DNA of 64,000 nucleotides from a virus (lineage: Duplodnaviria; Caudoviricetes). A program made the translations under genes and the position numbers. Below are positions 29,373 to 38,932 of the stretch, in pieces (position 1 is the first letter of the stretch; every line of letters begins with the position of its first letter). Location of the stretch: positions 1,318 to 65,317 of the IMG/VR virus record IMGVR_UViG_3300008108_000109. The stretch is one strand, 5' to 3'. The notes below the pieces were generated by a model. It searched no databases. It was not told the origin of the DNA and saw nothing but the letters and a program-made list of their open reading frames with translations.

Positions 29373-31163
29373 ATGTCTAGTTTCGATATCAATCCCCAAC
29401 AACACAAGCAATCAAATCGTGCTGCGAAGGTAAGAAATCTTGCTAAACGAGGTGCTACTGAGGGAGAACGTGCGGCAGCACAAAGAAAGACAACAGGACC
29501 AAGTATGCCTCTGGTAAAAAAAGGAGATACTGCAATTAGAAACGTGAACGCAGGGTATGAACCATCTTTGGTTAATAAGATATTAGATGAGAATGGATGT
29601 GGATGTGATGAACCTAAATGTAATAATACACCATCTGGAAAAAAATGTCCAATGCACGGTATGAAAGATTGTTCTGTTAAAGAAGAGAAAGATCCAAAAG
29701 GTCCTGTTAAAAAATATAAGTCACCAAAAGAAATTGCAGACAAGCATGGTGTTTCACTTGAGTCAATTAAAAAGCAACTTGAAATGGGAATTAAAGTAGA
29801 AGGAGAGCACACTTCAAGCAAAACTGCAGCAAGAATCACTGCATTACAGCATTTGGATGAAGTTCCAAATTACTATACTAAACTTAAAAAAGTTGAGAAA
29901 AAAACAACCTCAGAAGGTGTAAGTATTGAGGATATGTTTGGTAATAAATTTGTTGAATTTATTGACTTAATTAGACCAGAAGACGTTCTTGATGAGAAAA
30001 AACAAAAGGGATTATGGGATAGAATCCATGATCGTGACCGTAAAGGATTGCCAAATAAAAAACCAGGAGAAAAAGGTTATCCAAAAACTTTGAACATTGA
30101 AAATCATATTGATATTGCTATGGGTAAAGAATTGGATGATGAGGGATCAATGATTCTCAATCAATTAGAACAACTTGAAATGCATTGTAAGAGAATGAGA
30201 GAGATTGTTAAAGATCCAAAAATGCAAGTTCCTGCATGGGTCCAATCTAAAGTGACTCTTGCAACTGATTATATGGATGCAGTTGCAAATTATATGTCAG
30301 GTAAGAATGAAGAATATGAAATTGATGAGGCAAAAATTCCCGTAACTCGTCAAGCAGGTGACTTTAGATATTCTGGAAAGACTGGTGAAGAAAAAGCAGA
30401 AAGAAGAGCAAAGGTTTTAAGTAATTCACCAGATCCTAAAAAGCGTAGACAAGCAAATACAATTCGCAGCAAGATCAAAACAGTAGCAGATCGTGATACT
30501 GCCCGAGCAAGTTCTGATGCAAGACAAAAACTTTATCGTGGACAACAAAGAAGAGCAAATGATCTTGCAAAACAGTTGATGAATAAAGAGGAAACTCAAG
30601 TTGCAGAAGCAACTAGATTGCCTGCAGAATATGGTAATTTATTGATGGTTTCTGTTATGTGGAGAGCGACTTCACAACAAATTACTATGTTCTTCCCTCA
30701 GGCAAAAATGCCATCTAGAAAAGAAGTAGAGATTGAAATTCAAAAAGTTTATCCTGGTGGTAAGGTAATTTCTTTTATCAGAACAGATTTACCAAGTAAT
30801 CAATTTCCAGTAATTAGAGTTGGTTCTCAAGGTGGCAATTATGGAAAGATTGGTCCAAATAAAAATTATGTAAAACCAATGGGTGAAGAAGTTGAGATTG
30901 ATGAGGATTGGCAATCAGTAAATCGTAAAGATAAAACTGATGGTTTAAGTCAAAAGGCAGTTAATGCATATCGTCGTGAAAATCCAGGATCAAAATTACA
31001 GACGGCAGTAACCGAAAAAAAGCCTAAAGGCAAAAGAGCGAAGCGTCGCTCTTCGTTTTGCAGCAGAATGAAAGGTATGAAAGATAAACTGACTTCTAAG
31101 GAAACTTCCCGAGATCCAGATTCAAGAATTAATAGAGCACTACGTCGTTGGAATTGTAACTAA
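29373..31163 (+). CDS. modular basic hypothetical protein between gp16 and gp17 (candidate internal head polyprotein)
   Basis: ATG at 29373 downstream of late promoter; modules include GIKVEGEH..ALQHLDEVPNYYTKL and RRSSFCSRMKG..ALRRWNC; acidic x-x-E linkers. Confidence 0.8.
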   Translation: MSSFDINPQQHKQSNRAAKVRNLAKRGATEGERAAAQRKTTGPSMPLVKKGDTAIRNVNAGYEPSLVNKILDENGCGCDEPKCNNTPSGKKCPMHGMKDCSVKEEKDPKGPVKKYKSPKEIADKHGVSLESIKKQLEMGIKVEGEHTSSKTAARITALQHLDEVPNYYTKLKKVEKKTTSEGVSIEDMFGNKFVEFIDLIRPEDVLDEKKQKGLWDRIHDRDRKGLPNKKPGEKGYPKTLNIENHIDIAMGKELDDEGSMILNQLEQLEMHCKRMREIVKDPKMQVPAWVQSKVTLATDYMDAVANYMSGKNEEYEIDEAKIPVTRQAGDFRYSGKTGEEKAERRAKVLSNSPDPKKRRQANTIRSKIKTVADRDTARASSDARQKLYRGQQRRANDLAKQLMNKEETQVAEATRLPAEYGNLLMVSVMWRATSQQITMFFPQAKMPSRKEVEIEIQKVYPGGKVISFIRTDLPSNQFPVIRVGSQGGNYGKIGPNKNYVKPMGEEVEIDEDWQSVNRKDKTDGLSQKAVNAYRRENPGSKLQTAVTEKKPKGKRAKRRSSFCSRMKGMKDKLTSKETSRDPDSRINRALRRWNCN

Positions 31164-31182
31164 TACTTAAAGGTTTTACATT

Positions 31183-32832
31183 ATGGCAGTTGATCATTAT
31201 CTTGGTAATCCATTATTAAAAAAAGCAAATACTTCTCAAGGGTTTACCGAAGAGCAAGTTATTGAATTTGCAAAGTGTATAGACGATCCAGTTTATTTTG
31301 CACGGAACTATATTAATATTGTTACTCTTGACCACGGATTGCAGACATTTAATCCGTATCCATTCCAAGAAACAATGCTTGATCGATTTCATAATAATCG
31401 ATTTAATATTTGCAAACTTCCTAGACAGTCTGGAAAATCAACAATTGTTGTTTCATATCTTTTACACTACGCAATTTTTAATGATAATGTAAATATTGCA
31501 ATTCTCGCTAACAAAGCGTCTACAGCAAAAGATCTGTTAGATAGATTGCAGACGGCATATGAAAATTTACCTCGTTGGTTGCAACAAGGCGTTTTAACCT
31601 GGAATAAAGCGTCCCTTGAATTAGAAAACGGATCTAAAATTATTGCGGCGTCAACATCTGCATCTGCAGTTCGTGGTGGATCCTATAACATCATCTTTTT
31701 GGACGAATTTGCATTCGTTGCTAATCACATTGCAGATCAGTTCTTTAGTTCAGTATATCCTACAATTTCATCAGGTAAAAATACAAAAGTTATAATTGTT
31801 TCTACCCCACACGGTATGAATCATTTTTATAAACTTTGGCATGATGCTGAGAGGGGTAAAAATGAATATATTCCAACTGAAGTTCATTGGAGCGATGTTC
31901 CTGGAAGAGATGATGCCTGGAAAAAGCAAACTATAGCAAACACGTCTGAACAACAATTTAGAGTTGAGTTTGAATGTGAATTTTTAGGATCTGTTGATAC
32001 ATTAATTAGTCCAAGCAAATTAAGAACTTTAGTTTATGAATCTCCAGCAATTAGTAATCAAGGATTAGATGTATTTGAAGAGGTAAAAGATGAGCATAAT
32101 TATGTAATAACAGTAGACGTTGCTAGAGGAGTTGGAAATGATTACTCAGCATTTACTGTAATTGACATAACTCAATTCCCACATAATTTAGTCGCAAAAT
32201 ATAGAAACAATGAAATAAAACCAATGCTCTTTCCTAGCATTATTCATGAAGTAGCAAAAAATTATAATGATGCTTATATTTTGTGTGAAGTTAATGATGT
32301 CGGAGATCAAGTTGCAAGTATTTTACAATATGATTTAGAGTATAACAATCTTCTCATGTGTTCAATGAGAGGTAGAGCTGGACAAATTGTTGGGCAAGGT
32401 TTTTCTGGAAAGAAAACTCAATTGGGAGTTAAGATGTCCAAAACAGTTAAAAAAGTAGGATGTCTAAATTTAAAAACTTTGATAGAAGATAGTAAAGTTA
32501 TATTTAAAGACTACGACATTATCAGTGAATTAACAACTTTTATTCAAAAATCAAATTCATTTGAAGCTGAAGATGGTTGTAATGATGATTTGGCTATGTG
32601 TTTGGTAATTTATGCTTGGTTAGTTGTTCAAGATTATTTTAAAGAACTAACAGACCAAGATGTAAGAAAAAGATTATATGAAGAACAAAAAAATCAAATA
32701 GAGCAAGATATGGCACCATTTGGATTTATTGAAGATGGCATGGGAGATAACTCTAGTTTTGTAGACTCTACTGGAGACCGATGGTATACAGATGAATATG
32801 GTGATATGGCATACATGTGGGAGTTTAGATAA
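31183..32832 (+). CDS. gp17: terminase large subunit gp17
   Basis: Walker A PRQSGKST, Walker B IIFLDEFAF, STPHG motif C, nuclease VDVARG, DDLAM. Confidence 0.98.
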   Translation: MAVDHYLGNPLLKKANTSQGFTEEQVIEFAKCIDDPVYFARNYINIVTLDHGLQTFNPYPFQETMLDRFHNNRFNICKLPRQSGKSTIVVSYLLHYAIFNDNVNIAILANKASTAKDLLDRLQTAYENLPRWLQQGVLTWNKASLELENGSKIIAASTSASAVRGGSYNIIFLDEFAFVANHIADQFFSSVYPTISSGKNTKVIIVSTPHGMNHFYKLWHDAERGKNEYIPTEVHWSDVPGRDDAWKKQTIANTSEQQFRVEFECEFLGSVDTLISPSKLRTLVYESPAISNQGLDVFEEVKDEHNYVITVDVARGVGNDYSAFTVIDITQFPHNLVAKYRNNEIKPMLFPSIIHEVAKNYNDAYILCEVNDVGDQVASILQYDLEYNNLLMCSMRGRAGQIVGQGFSGKKTQLGVKMSKTVKKVGCLNLKTLIEDSKVIFKDYDIISELTTFIQKSNSFEAEDGCNDDLAMCLVIYAWLVVQDYFKELTDQDVRKRLYEEQKNQIEQDMAPFGFIEDGMGDNSSFVDSTGDRWYTDEYGDMAYMWEFR

Positions 32833-33062
32833 TGGAATTAGACAAGCAAATAAAGTTTGGTCATTTATTGCTTGTAGATAGAAGATGCAGAGTATGTGGA
32901 GAAACTAAAAATTTAATTGATGGATTTTATAGAACTCGCAAAAAGAGAGGAGTTGTTGCATCATCATATTCATATGAATGTAAGGAATGCACTATTAAAA
33001 GGATTGTTGAATCTAGAAAAAATACACCGAAAGTAAAAGAATGGGAATATCCAGACTGGTAA
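32832..33062 (+). CDS. small Zn-ribbon protein
   Basis: CRVC...CKEC, C-terminal WEYPDW; between gp17 and gp18. Confidence 0.8.
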   Translation: MELDKQIKFGHLLLVDRRCRVCGETKNLIDGFYRTRKKRGVVASSYSYECKECTIKRIVESRKNTPKVKEWEYPDW

Positions 33063-33105
33063 ACGGTGTTCACCATCACTTTCCCCCACGTAAATAGATA
33101 TTTTA

Positions 33106-33112
33106 ATAAATA
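33106..33112 (+). promoter_or_regulatory. late promoter ATAAATA
   Basis: Upstream of gp18, with AGGAG SD before ATG 33150. Confidence 0.75.
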
Positions 33113-33149
33113 TTTTCAGATAAACTGAGACTTTTAAGGAGAATTATCC

Positions 33150-35945
33150 ATGGCGACTCCTCAATTATCTCCTGGTGTACTGACTAGAGAGGTTGATTTA
33201 ACCGTAGGAAGAGCTGAAAACGTATTAGATAATATTGGAGGTATTGCAGGACCCTTTGAAATTGGTCCAGTAAACGAACCAATTACTGTTGCTACGGAAC
33301 AGGAACTAATTAACAATTTCGGTGGTCCAAAGACACCAGACAACCAATACGAATATTGGATGAGCGCATCATCCTATCTGTCATACGGCGGCGTTTTAAA
33401 AGTTGTCAGAACAGATGGTGCTAACTTAGCAAACGCTAACTGTGGAGTAGGTACTACTTCAGTATCTGGAACTAAAATTAAAAACTTCGATGACTACAAT
33501 GCAAATTTTGTAGATACTGCATCGAATTTCTATTATGCGGCAAAAAACCCAGGAGTCTGGGCAAATGGTTTAAAAGTTTGTTATATTGATGATTTTGGTG
33601 ATCAAATTTTAGGTATTGCCACAACTTCAGCAACATCACTTGGAGCAGCAGTTGGATATGGTGTTACAGTTGATATTAGTGGAAAAACTATACCAGGAAT
33701 AGGTTTAACAGAAACTTTCCAAGGTTATCTAAAAGGTGTAATTACTCAAGTTATTGATGGACCAGAAACTGGTACTAGTGCATTAGTTGTTAAAATTCAC
33801 TCCAGAGTTTCTACAGGTGGAACACAGCCAGGAAGACACTATTATACTAAATATTCCCCAAATAGTGAGTTTTCTTCTTTCTTAAAGGATCAAAGAGTTT
33901 CTATTATTGACAATAATGGTGATGTTGCTTCTCCAGTAGATTCCATTGCAAGTGTTGGAGTTACTTCTTCAACTGCAATTAATGGGCAGCAACTTGCAAG
34001 TTATGCTGGAGTTGGTGGAACTACTGCTGGTTCTGGATCTGGCGCAACCTTTACAATTACCAGAAATAATACTGACGGTAACGTTGCTACTGCAACTATT
34101 GTAAATGCGGGATTAGGTTATACTGTTGGAGATACAATCTCAATCGCTGGTACTTCAGTTGGTGGATACAACCTGTCTCAAGGTGTGATTAATACAATCG
34201 GTCTGACAACTGCTGCTGTTGTTGCTCCAGCATCAAATGGAGTTTACATCGCTGTTGCTGGCGTAAGCACAGTGGGATCAGGAGTATCATTTAATGTTTA
34301 TAGAAATGCATCTGGTGGAATTGGAACAGTAACGATGGTAAATCCAGGTGCTGGATATAATAATGGAACTGTTGTTACAATTCCTGGTGCTTCTATTGGT
34401 GGTGTTACTCCTGGAGATAATGCAACACTAACAGTCTCTGCACTGAGAAATGATCAAGTCGTATTAACTGTAACTAGTAGCAACTCAAGAATTCTTCTTG
34501 GTGGTGTTGATGATTGGTATGATGCACAAACACTAAACCTGAATAACTCAACGGTATTTTGGAGAACACTTGCACCTAAACCAGGAACTTCTAATTACGT
34601 TGCTGAGCGTGGTGGATACAATGATGAAATGCATGTCGTTGTTGTTGACGATGATGGCAAGCTAACAGGAATTAAAGGAAATATCCTTGAAAAGCACCTG
34701 TTTATGTCAAAAGCCAAAGATACAGTATCCCAAGTTAATTCACCACAAAAGATGTGGTACAAAAATTACTTGGCAAATTATTCAAATTATTTGTATGCTG
34801 GTGCAAACCAATCTACACAAAATGATCTTACTTGGAATACTTTCCCAACAACAACCACATTTACATTAGCAGCAAGTGCAGGTCCTTATGGATTTGCAGA
34901 TCGTCCAACAACATTTGCAACACCATCTGGTATTAACCAAATTTGGGATCGGGATGCTAAAGACGCCTCATTCTCTTCTATTGGTGCAGTCACTTATGAC
35001 CTTGGAAATGGTAAAAATTATACCGCCCAAGGAAATTTGAAATCAACTCTTGGTGATATTATTGAATCATATGAACTATTCAATAATAAAGAAGATATTG
35101 CTGTTGATTATTTGATTATGGGTCCAGGACTAGATTCATTATCAGATTCTCAAGCAAAAGCAAATAAACTAATCTCGATTGCAGACGGAAGAAAAGATTG
35201 TATTGCCGTACTTTCTCCACACAGAGCTTCTGTAGTTGATTTGTCAAATCCTGTAATACAAACTAATAATATTATTGAATTCTTTGGTCCACTCCAATCT
35301 TCATCTTATGCAGTATTTGATAGTGGATATAAGTATACCTACGATAGATTTAACAATCTATTCAGATATATTCCTTGCAATCCAGATATTGCTGGATTAA
35401 TGGCAAGAACAAATCTTATTGCTTACCCATGGTTCTCACCAGCAGGACAACAAAGAGGAGTTCTAAAGAATGCAATTAAACTAGCATATAATCCAAATAA
35501 AACACAAAGAGACTCCTTGTATTCTGCAAGAATCAACTCTATTGTAAATCAATCTGGAGCGGGAGTACTTCTCTTTGGTGATAAGACAGCACTAGCATAT
35601 GCTTCTGCTTTTGATAGAATTAACGTTCGTAGATTATTCCTAACAGTAGAGCAAGCACTTGAAAGAGCTGCAGAAGCACAACTGTTTGAATTTAACGATC
35701 AAATTACAAGATCTAACTTTGTAAACATCGTTGAACCATATTTACGTGATATCCAAGCAAAGCGTGGTATTTATGATTACCTTGTGATTTGTGATGAGAC
35801 CAATAATACACCTGATGTTATTGACAACAATGAATTTAGAGCTGACATCTTCCTGAAGCCTGCCAAATCAATTAACTATATCACTCTAACATTTGTTGCG
35901 ACTAGAACTGGCATCAGCTTTGAAGAAGTCGCTGGTAGAGTTTAA
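33150..35945 (+). CDS. gp18: tail sheath protein gp18
   Basis: LSPGVLTREVD start, PWFSPAG, GDKT..FDRINVRRLF, FEFND, IFLKPAKSINYITLTFVA. Confidence 0.98.
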   Translation: MATPQLSPGVLTREVDLTVGRAENVLDNIGGIAGPFEIGPVNEPITVATEQELINNFGGPKTPDNQYEYWMSASSYLSYGGVLKVVRTDGANLANANCGVGTTSVSGTKIKNFDDYNANFVDTASNFYYAAKNPGVWANGLKVCYIDDFGDQILGIATTSATSLGAAVGYGVTVDISGKTIPGIGLTETFQGYLKGVITQVIDGPETGTSALVVKIHSRVSTGGTQPGRHYYTKYSPNSEFSSFLKDQRVSIIDNNGDVASPVDSIASVGVTSSTAINGQQLASYAGVGGTTAGSGSGATFTITRNNTDGNVATATIVNAGLGYTVGDTISIAGTSVGGYNLSQGVINTIGLTTAAVVAPASNGVYIAVAGVSTVGSGVSFNVYRNASGGIGTVTMVNPGAGYNNGTVVTIPGASIGGVTPGDNATLTVSALRNDQVVLTVTSSNSRILLGGVDDWYDAQTLNLNNSTVFWRTLAPKPGTSNYVAERGGYNDEMHVVVVDDDGKLTGIKGNILEKHLFMSKAKDTVSQVNSPQKMWYKNYLANYSNYLYAGANQSTQNDLTWNTFPTTTTFTLAASAGPYGFADRPTTFATPSGINQIWDRDAKDASFSSIGAVTYDLGNGKNYTAQGNLKSTLGDIIESYELFNNKEDIAVDYLIMGPGLDSLSDSQAKANKLISIADGRKDCIAVLSPHRASVVDLSNPVIQTNNIIEFFGPLQSSSYAVFDSGYKYTYDRFNNLFRYIPCNPDIAGLMARTNLIAYPWFSPAGQQRGVLKNAIKLAYNPNKTQRDSLYSARINSIVNQSGAGVLLFGDKTALAYASAFDRINVRRLFLTVEQALERAAEAQLFEFNDQITRSNFVNIVEPYLRDIQAKRGIYDYLVICDETNNTPDVIDNNEFRADIFLKPAKSINYITLTFVATRTGISFEEVAGRV

Positions 35946-35983
35946 GCTACTAGATGATTAAATAAACAGGAGGAACCCTAACA

Positions 35984-36583
35984 ATGCCAAGAGCAATTAG
36001 AACTATCACCGACTTTAAAGCAAAACTTCAAGGCGGTGCAGCAAGACCAAACCTATTTGAAGTTAGTATTCCACGTTTTCCAGCTAGCGTAGCTGGTTGG
36101 GATGATGAAACTTTTAACTTCTTATGTAAAGCAGCCGCTCTACCAGCATCTAACGTTGCTTCAATTGATGTTCCATTTAGAGGAAGAATTCTTAAAGTTG
36201 CTGGTGACAGAACATTTGATGTTTGGACAGTCACCATTATTAATGATGAAGACTTTAAGCTGAGAACATCATTTGAACAGTGGATGAACCAAATCAGCAA
36301 AATGAATAATGCAACTGGTGCAACTAACCCAGCATCATATATGGTTGATGCATATGTTCATCAATTAGGTAGAGGTGAGACTAGGTTCTCAAGAAGTAAC
36401 ACATCTGCAACAACAAACACCCCACTGAGATCTTACAGATTCTACGATATCTTCCCAACAAACGTATCTCAAATTGATCTTTCATACGATACTTCAGATA
36501 CGATTGAAGAGTATACCGTTGATTTCCAGGTTCAATGGTGGCAGGCACAAGGAGATGACCAAACTGGCGCTGCTATTGTATAA
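35984..36583 (+). CDS. gp19: tail tube protein gp19
   Basis: ARPNLFEV, VPFRGR..AGDRTF..WTVT..NDEDF, FPTNVSQIDLSY. Confidence 0.97.
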   Translation: MPRAIRTITDFKAKLQGGAARPNLFEVSIPRFPASVAGWDDETFNFLCKAAALPASNVASIDVPFRGRILKVAGDRTFDVWTVTIINDEDFKLRTSFEQWMNQISKMNNATGATNPASYMVDAYVHQLGRGETRFSRSNTSATTNTPLRSYRFYDIFPTNVSQIDLSYDTSDTIEEYTVDFQVQWWQAQGDDQTGAAIV

Positions 36584-36589
36584 TAAATA
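36583..36589 (+). promoter_or_regulatory. late promoter ATAAATA
   Basis: Between gp19 and gp20. Confidence 0.75.
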
Positions 36590-36617
36590 GTAGAACAGTT
36601 TAAATCACTCACTTATA

Positions 36618-38255
36618 ATGGCAAAACTATTTGGATTCTCTATAGAGGATAATAGTAAAAAATCACCAGGAGTGGTCTCCCCCGTACCTCAAAATAATGA
36701 GGACGGGGTTGACTATTATCTAACTAGTGGATTTTTTGGGTCGTATGTAGATATTGAAGGTGTATATAAAACAGAATATGATTTAATTAAAAGATACAGA
36801 GAGATGGCTTTACATCCAGAAGTGGATGGTGCAATTGAAGATATTGTTAATGAAGCAATCGTAAGTGATACTAATGATAGTCCCGTTCAAATAGATTTAG
36901 ATAACTTAAGTGCCAGTGATGGACTTAAGAAAAAGATACGAGAAGAATTTAAATATATTTTAGAAATGATGGACTTTGATAAAAAAAGTCATGAGATTTA
37001 TAGGAATTGGTATGTTGATGGTAGATTATATTATCATAAGGTAATTGATTTAAAAAATCCTCAAGAAGGAATTCAAGAATTGAGATATATTGATGCTCTT
37101 AAAATGCGTCATATTAGACAGGCTGCAAAAAATAAAAAAGATGATGCTAGACTATCTCCATCTGGAGAAAAAAATCCATTAGATTCTGGATTCCCAGATA
37201 TTCAAGAATATTTTCTTTATAACAATTCATCAAACCAACTTGGGGTTATTAGTGGCGGTAATGCAACCCAAGGAATTAAATTTTCAAAAGACTCTATCAC
37301 ATATTGCACTTCTGGTCTTGTTGATAGAAATAAAAATCTAACGTTGTCATATTTACACAAAGCAATTAAATCTCTCAATCAACTTCGTATGATTGAAGAT
37401 AGTCTTGTTATTTACAGATTATCTCGTGCCCCAGAACGTAGAATATTTTATATTGATGTGGGCAATCTTCCAAAGATGAAAGCGGAGCAATACCTCCGTG
37501 ATGTAATGATGAGATATAGAAACAAACTTGTATATGATGCAAATACGGGTGAGATCCGTGATGATAAAAAATACATGAGTATGCTTGAAGATTTTTGGCT
37601 TCCAAGAAGAGAAGGTGGAAGAGGAACTGAAATCTCAACACTTCCTGGTGGACAAAATCTTGGTGAATTATCAGATATTAAATACTTCCAAGAAAAATTA
37701 TATCGATCACTTAACGTCCCTTCGTCAAGAATTGGTGGGCAAGAAGGTTTTAATTTAGGTCGTTCTTCTGAGATTTTAAGAGATGAACTTAAGTTTACAA
37801 AATTTGTTGGTAGACTTAGAAAAAGATTTTCTAATATGTTCAACGACATGTTAAGAACTCAATTACTTTTAAAAAATATTGTTAGTCCAGAAGATTGGGA
37901 ATTAATGGAAGAGCATATTCAATATGATTTCTTATATGATAATCATTTTTCTGAACTTAAAGATGCAGAATTAATGACTGAAAGACTGAATATTGCTGCT
38001 ACTGCAGAACCTTATATTGGTAAGTATTATTCCCAAGATTATGTAAGAAGAAAGATTCTTAGACAAACAGATGAAGAAATTATTGAGCAGGATAAATTAA
38101 TCAAACAAGAAATTAAAAAGGGCATCATACCAGATCCAAATGCACCAATTGATCCAGTAACTGGACAACCAATGCAAACTCCTGCTGGTGGAGATTCTAT
38201 CGACGGTGCTTCTGGTGGAGTTCCAGTAGATCCAGAGGCACCAACAATAACTTAA
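36618..38255 (+). CDS. gp20: portal protein gp20
   Basis: WYVDGR, RAPERRIFYIDVGNLP, EDFWLPRREGGRGTEISTLPGG motifs. Confidence 0.98.
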   Translation: MAKLFGFSIEDNSKKSPGVVSPVPQNNEDGVDYYLTSGFFGSYVDIEGVYKTEYDLIKRYREMALHPEVDGAIEDIVNEAIVSDTNDSPVQIDLDNLSASDGLKKKIREEFKYILEMMDFDKKSHEIYRNWYVDGRLYYHKVIDLKNPQEGIQELRYIDALKMRHIRQAAKNKKDDARLSPSGEKNPLDSGFPDIQEYFLYNNSSNQLGVISGGNATQGIKFSKDSITYCTSGLVDRNKNLTLSYLHKAIKSLNQLRMIEDSLVIYRLSRAPERRIFYIDVGNLPKMKAEQYLRDVMMRYRNKLVYDANTGEIRDDKKYMSMLEDFWLPRREGGRGTEISTLPGGQNLGELSDIKYFQEKLYRSLNVPSSRIGGQEGFNLGRSSEILRDELKFTKFVGRLRKRFSNMFNDMLRTQLLLKNIVSPEDWELMEEHIQYDFLYDNHFSELKDAELMTERLNIAATAEPYIGKYYSQDYVRRKILRQTDEEIIEQDKLIKQEIKKGIIPDPNAPIDPVTGQPMQTPAGGDSIDGASGGVPVDPEAPTIT

Positions 38256-38269
38256 AATATTTTTTTATT

Positions 38270-38932
38270 ATGAATAGATATCATAGATTTTTAGATATTA
38301 AGAATTACATTCCTAATATCGATACTTCAAAGTATCAAACTGAAGGAATGAGATGGCCAGAATTTCATAAACAACTACAATTTAGTGACCTAAACAATGA
38401 TAAAATTTTGCCATGGTTGAATAGTTTAGGATTTACTTCACACTGGATTGAATTTTTTTATACACCACCTCATGATGATGGAGTTATACACTCTGACAAT
38501 GTTTATTATGCCGATTGGGCAAAATTAATATTTCAATTTGGTGCTAAGGGTAGCACCATGAGATGGTGGAGTTCTGATATGGTATTAAGAGTAAGTACTA
38601 GTGCTGAGCAAGTTAGTTCAACAATAATTCCAGAAAGAAGTCAATATACTGTTGGCGACAGAACAAATGATCATTATCATGGACAAGTTTTAGTAAGTAA
38701 AGAAGAATACTGTAAAAAAGAATATGAAGTTGAAATTGGAACTTGTGGATTAGTAAATGTTGGTCCTCTTCATAGTTCACACAATCCAACAGGAGATAAA
38801 AGATTTACAGTAACTATAGCACTAATTGACAAAGATAAAGATTATGAACATAGAATTTTATGGGATGAAGCACTAGAAGCGTTCAAACCTTACATAATTG
38901 ATTCTTCAATAGACCTTTGCGACGCAGTATAA
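38270..38932 (+). CDS. hypothetical protein, cupin/2OG-Fe(II) oxygenase-like fold
   Basis: HxD (IHSD), distal H (PLHSSHN) and R (DKRFTVTI) with spacing of a double-stranded beta-helix facial triad; fold is inference. Confidence 0.55.
   Translation: MNRYHRFLDIKNYIPNIDTSKYQTEGMRWPEFHKQLQFSDLNNDKILPWLNSLGFTSHWIEFFYTPPHDDGVIHSDNVYYADWAKLIFQFGAKGSTMRWWSSDMVLRVSTSAEQVSSTIIPERSQYTVGDRTNDHYHGQVLVSKEEYCKKEYEVEIGTCGLVNVGPLHSSHNPTGDKRFTVTIALIDKDKDYEHRILWDEALEAFKPYIIDSSIDLCDAV

Noticed and set aside
29315-29839. 174-aa minus-strand ORF and the 12-aa extension MREINRKK of ORF 29337
   Set aside because: Shadow of a plus-strand gene; the extension lies upstream of the late promoter and inside gp16
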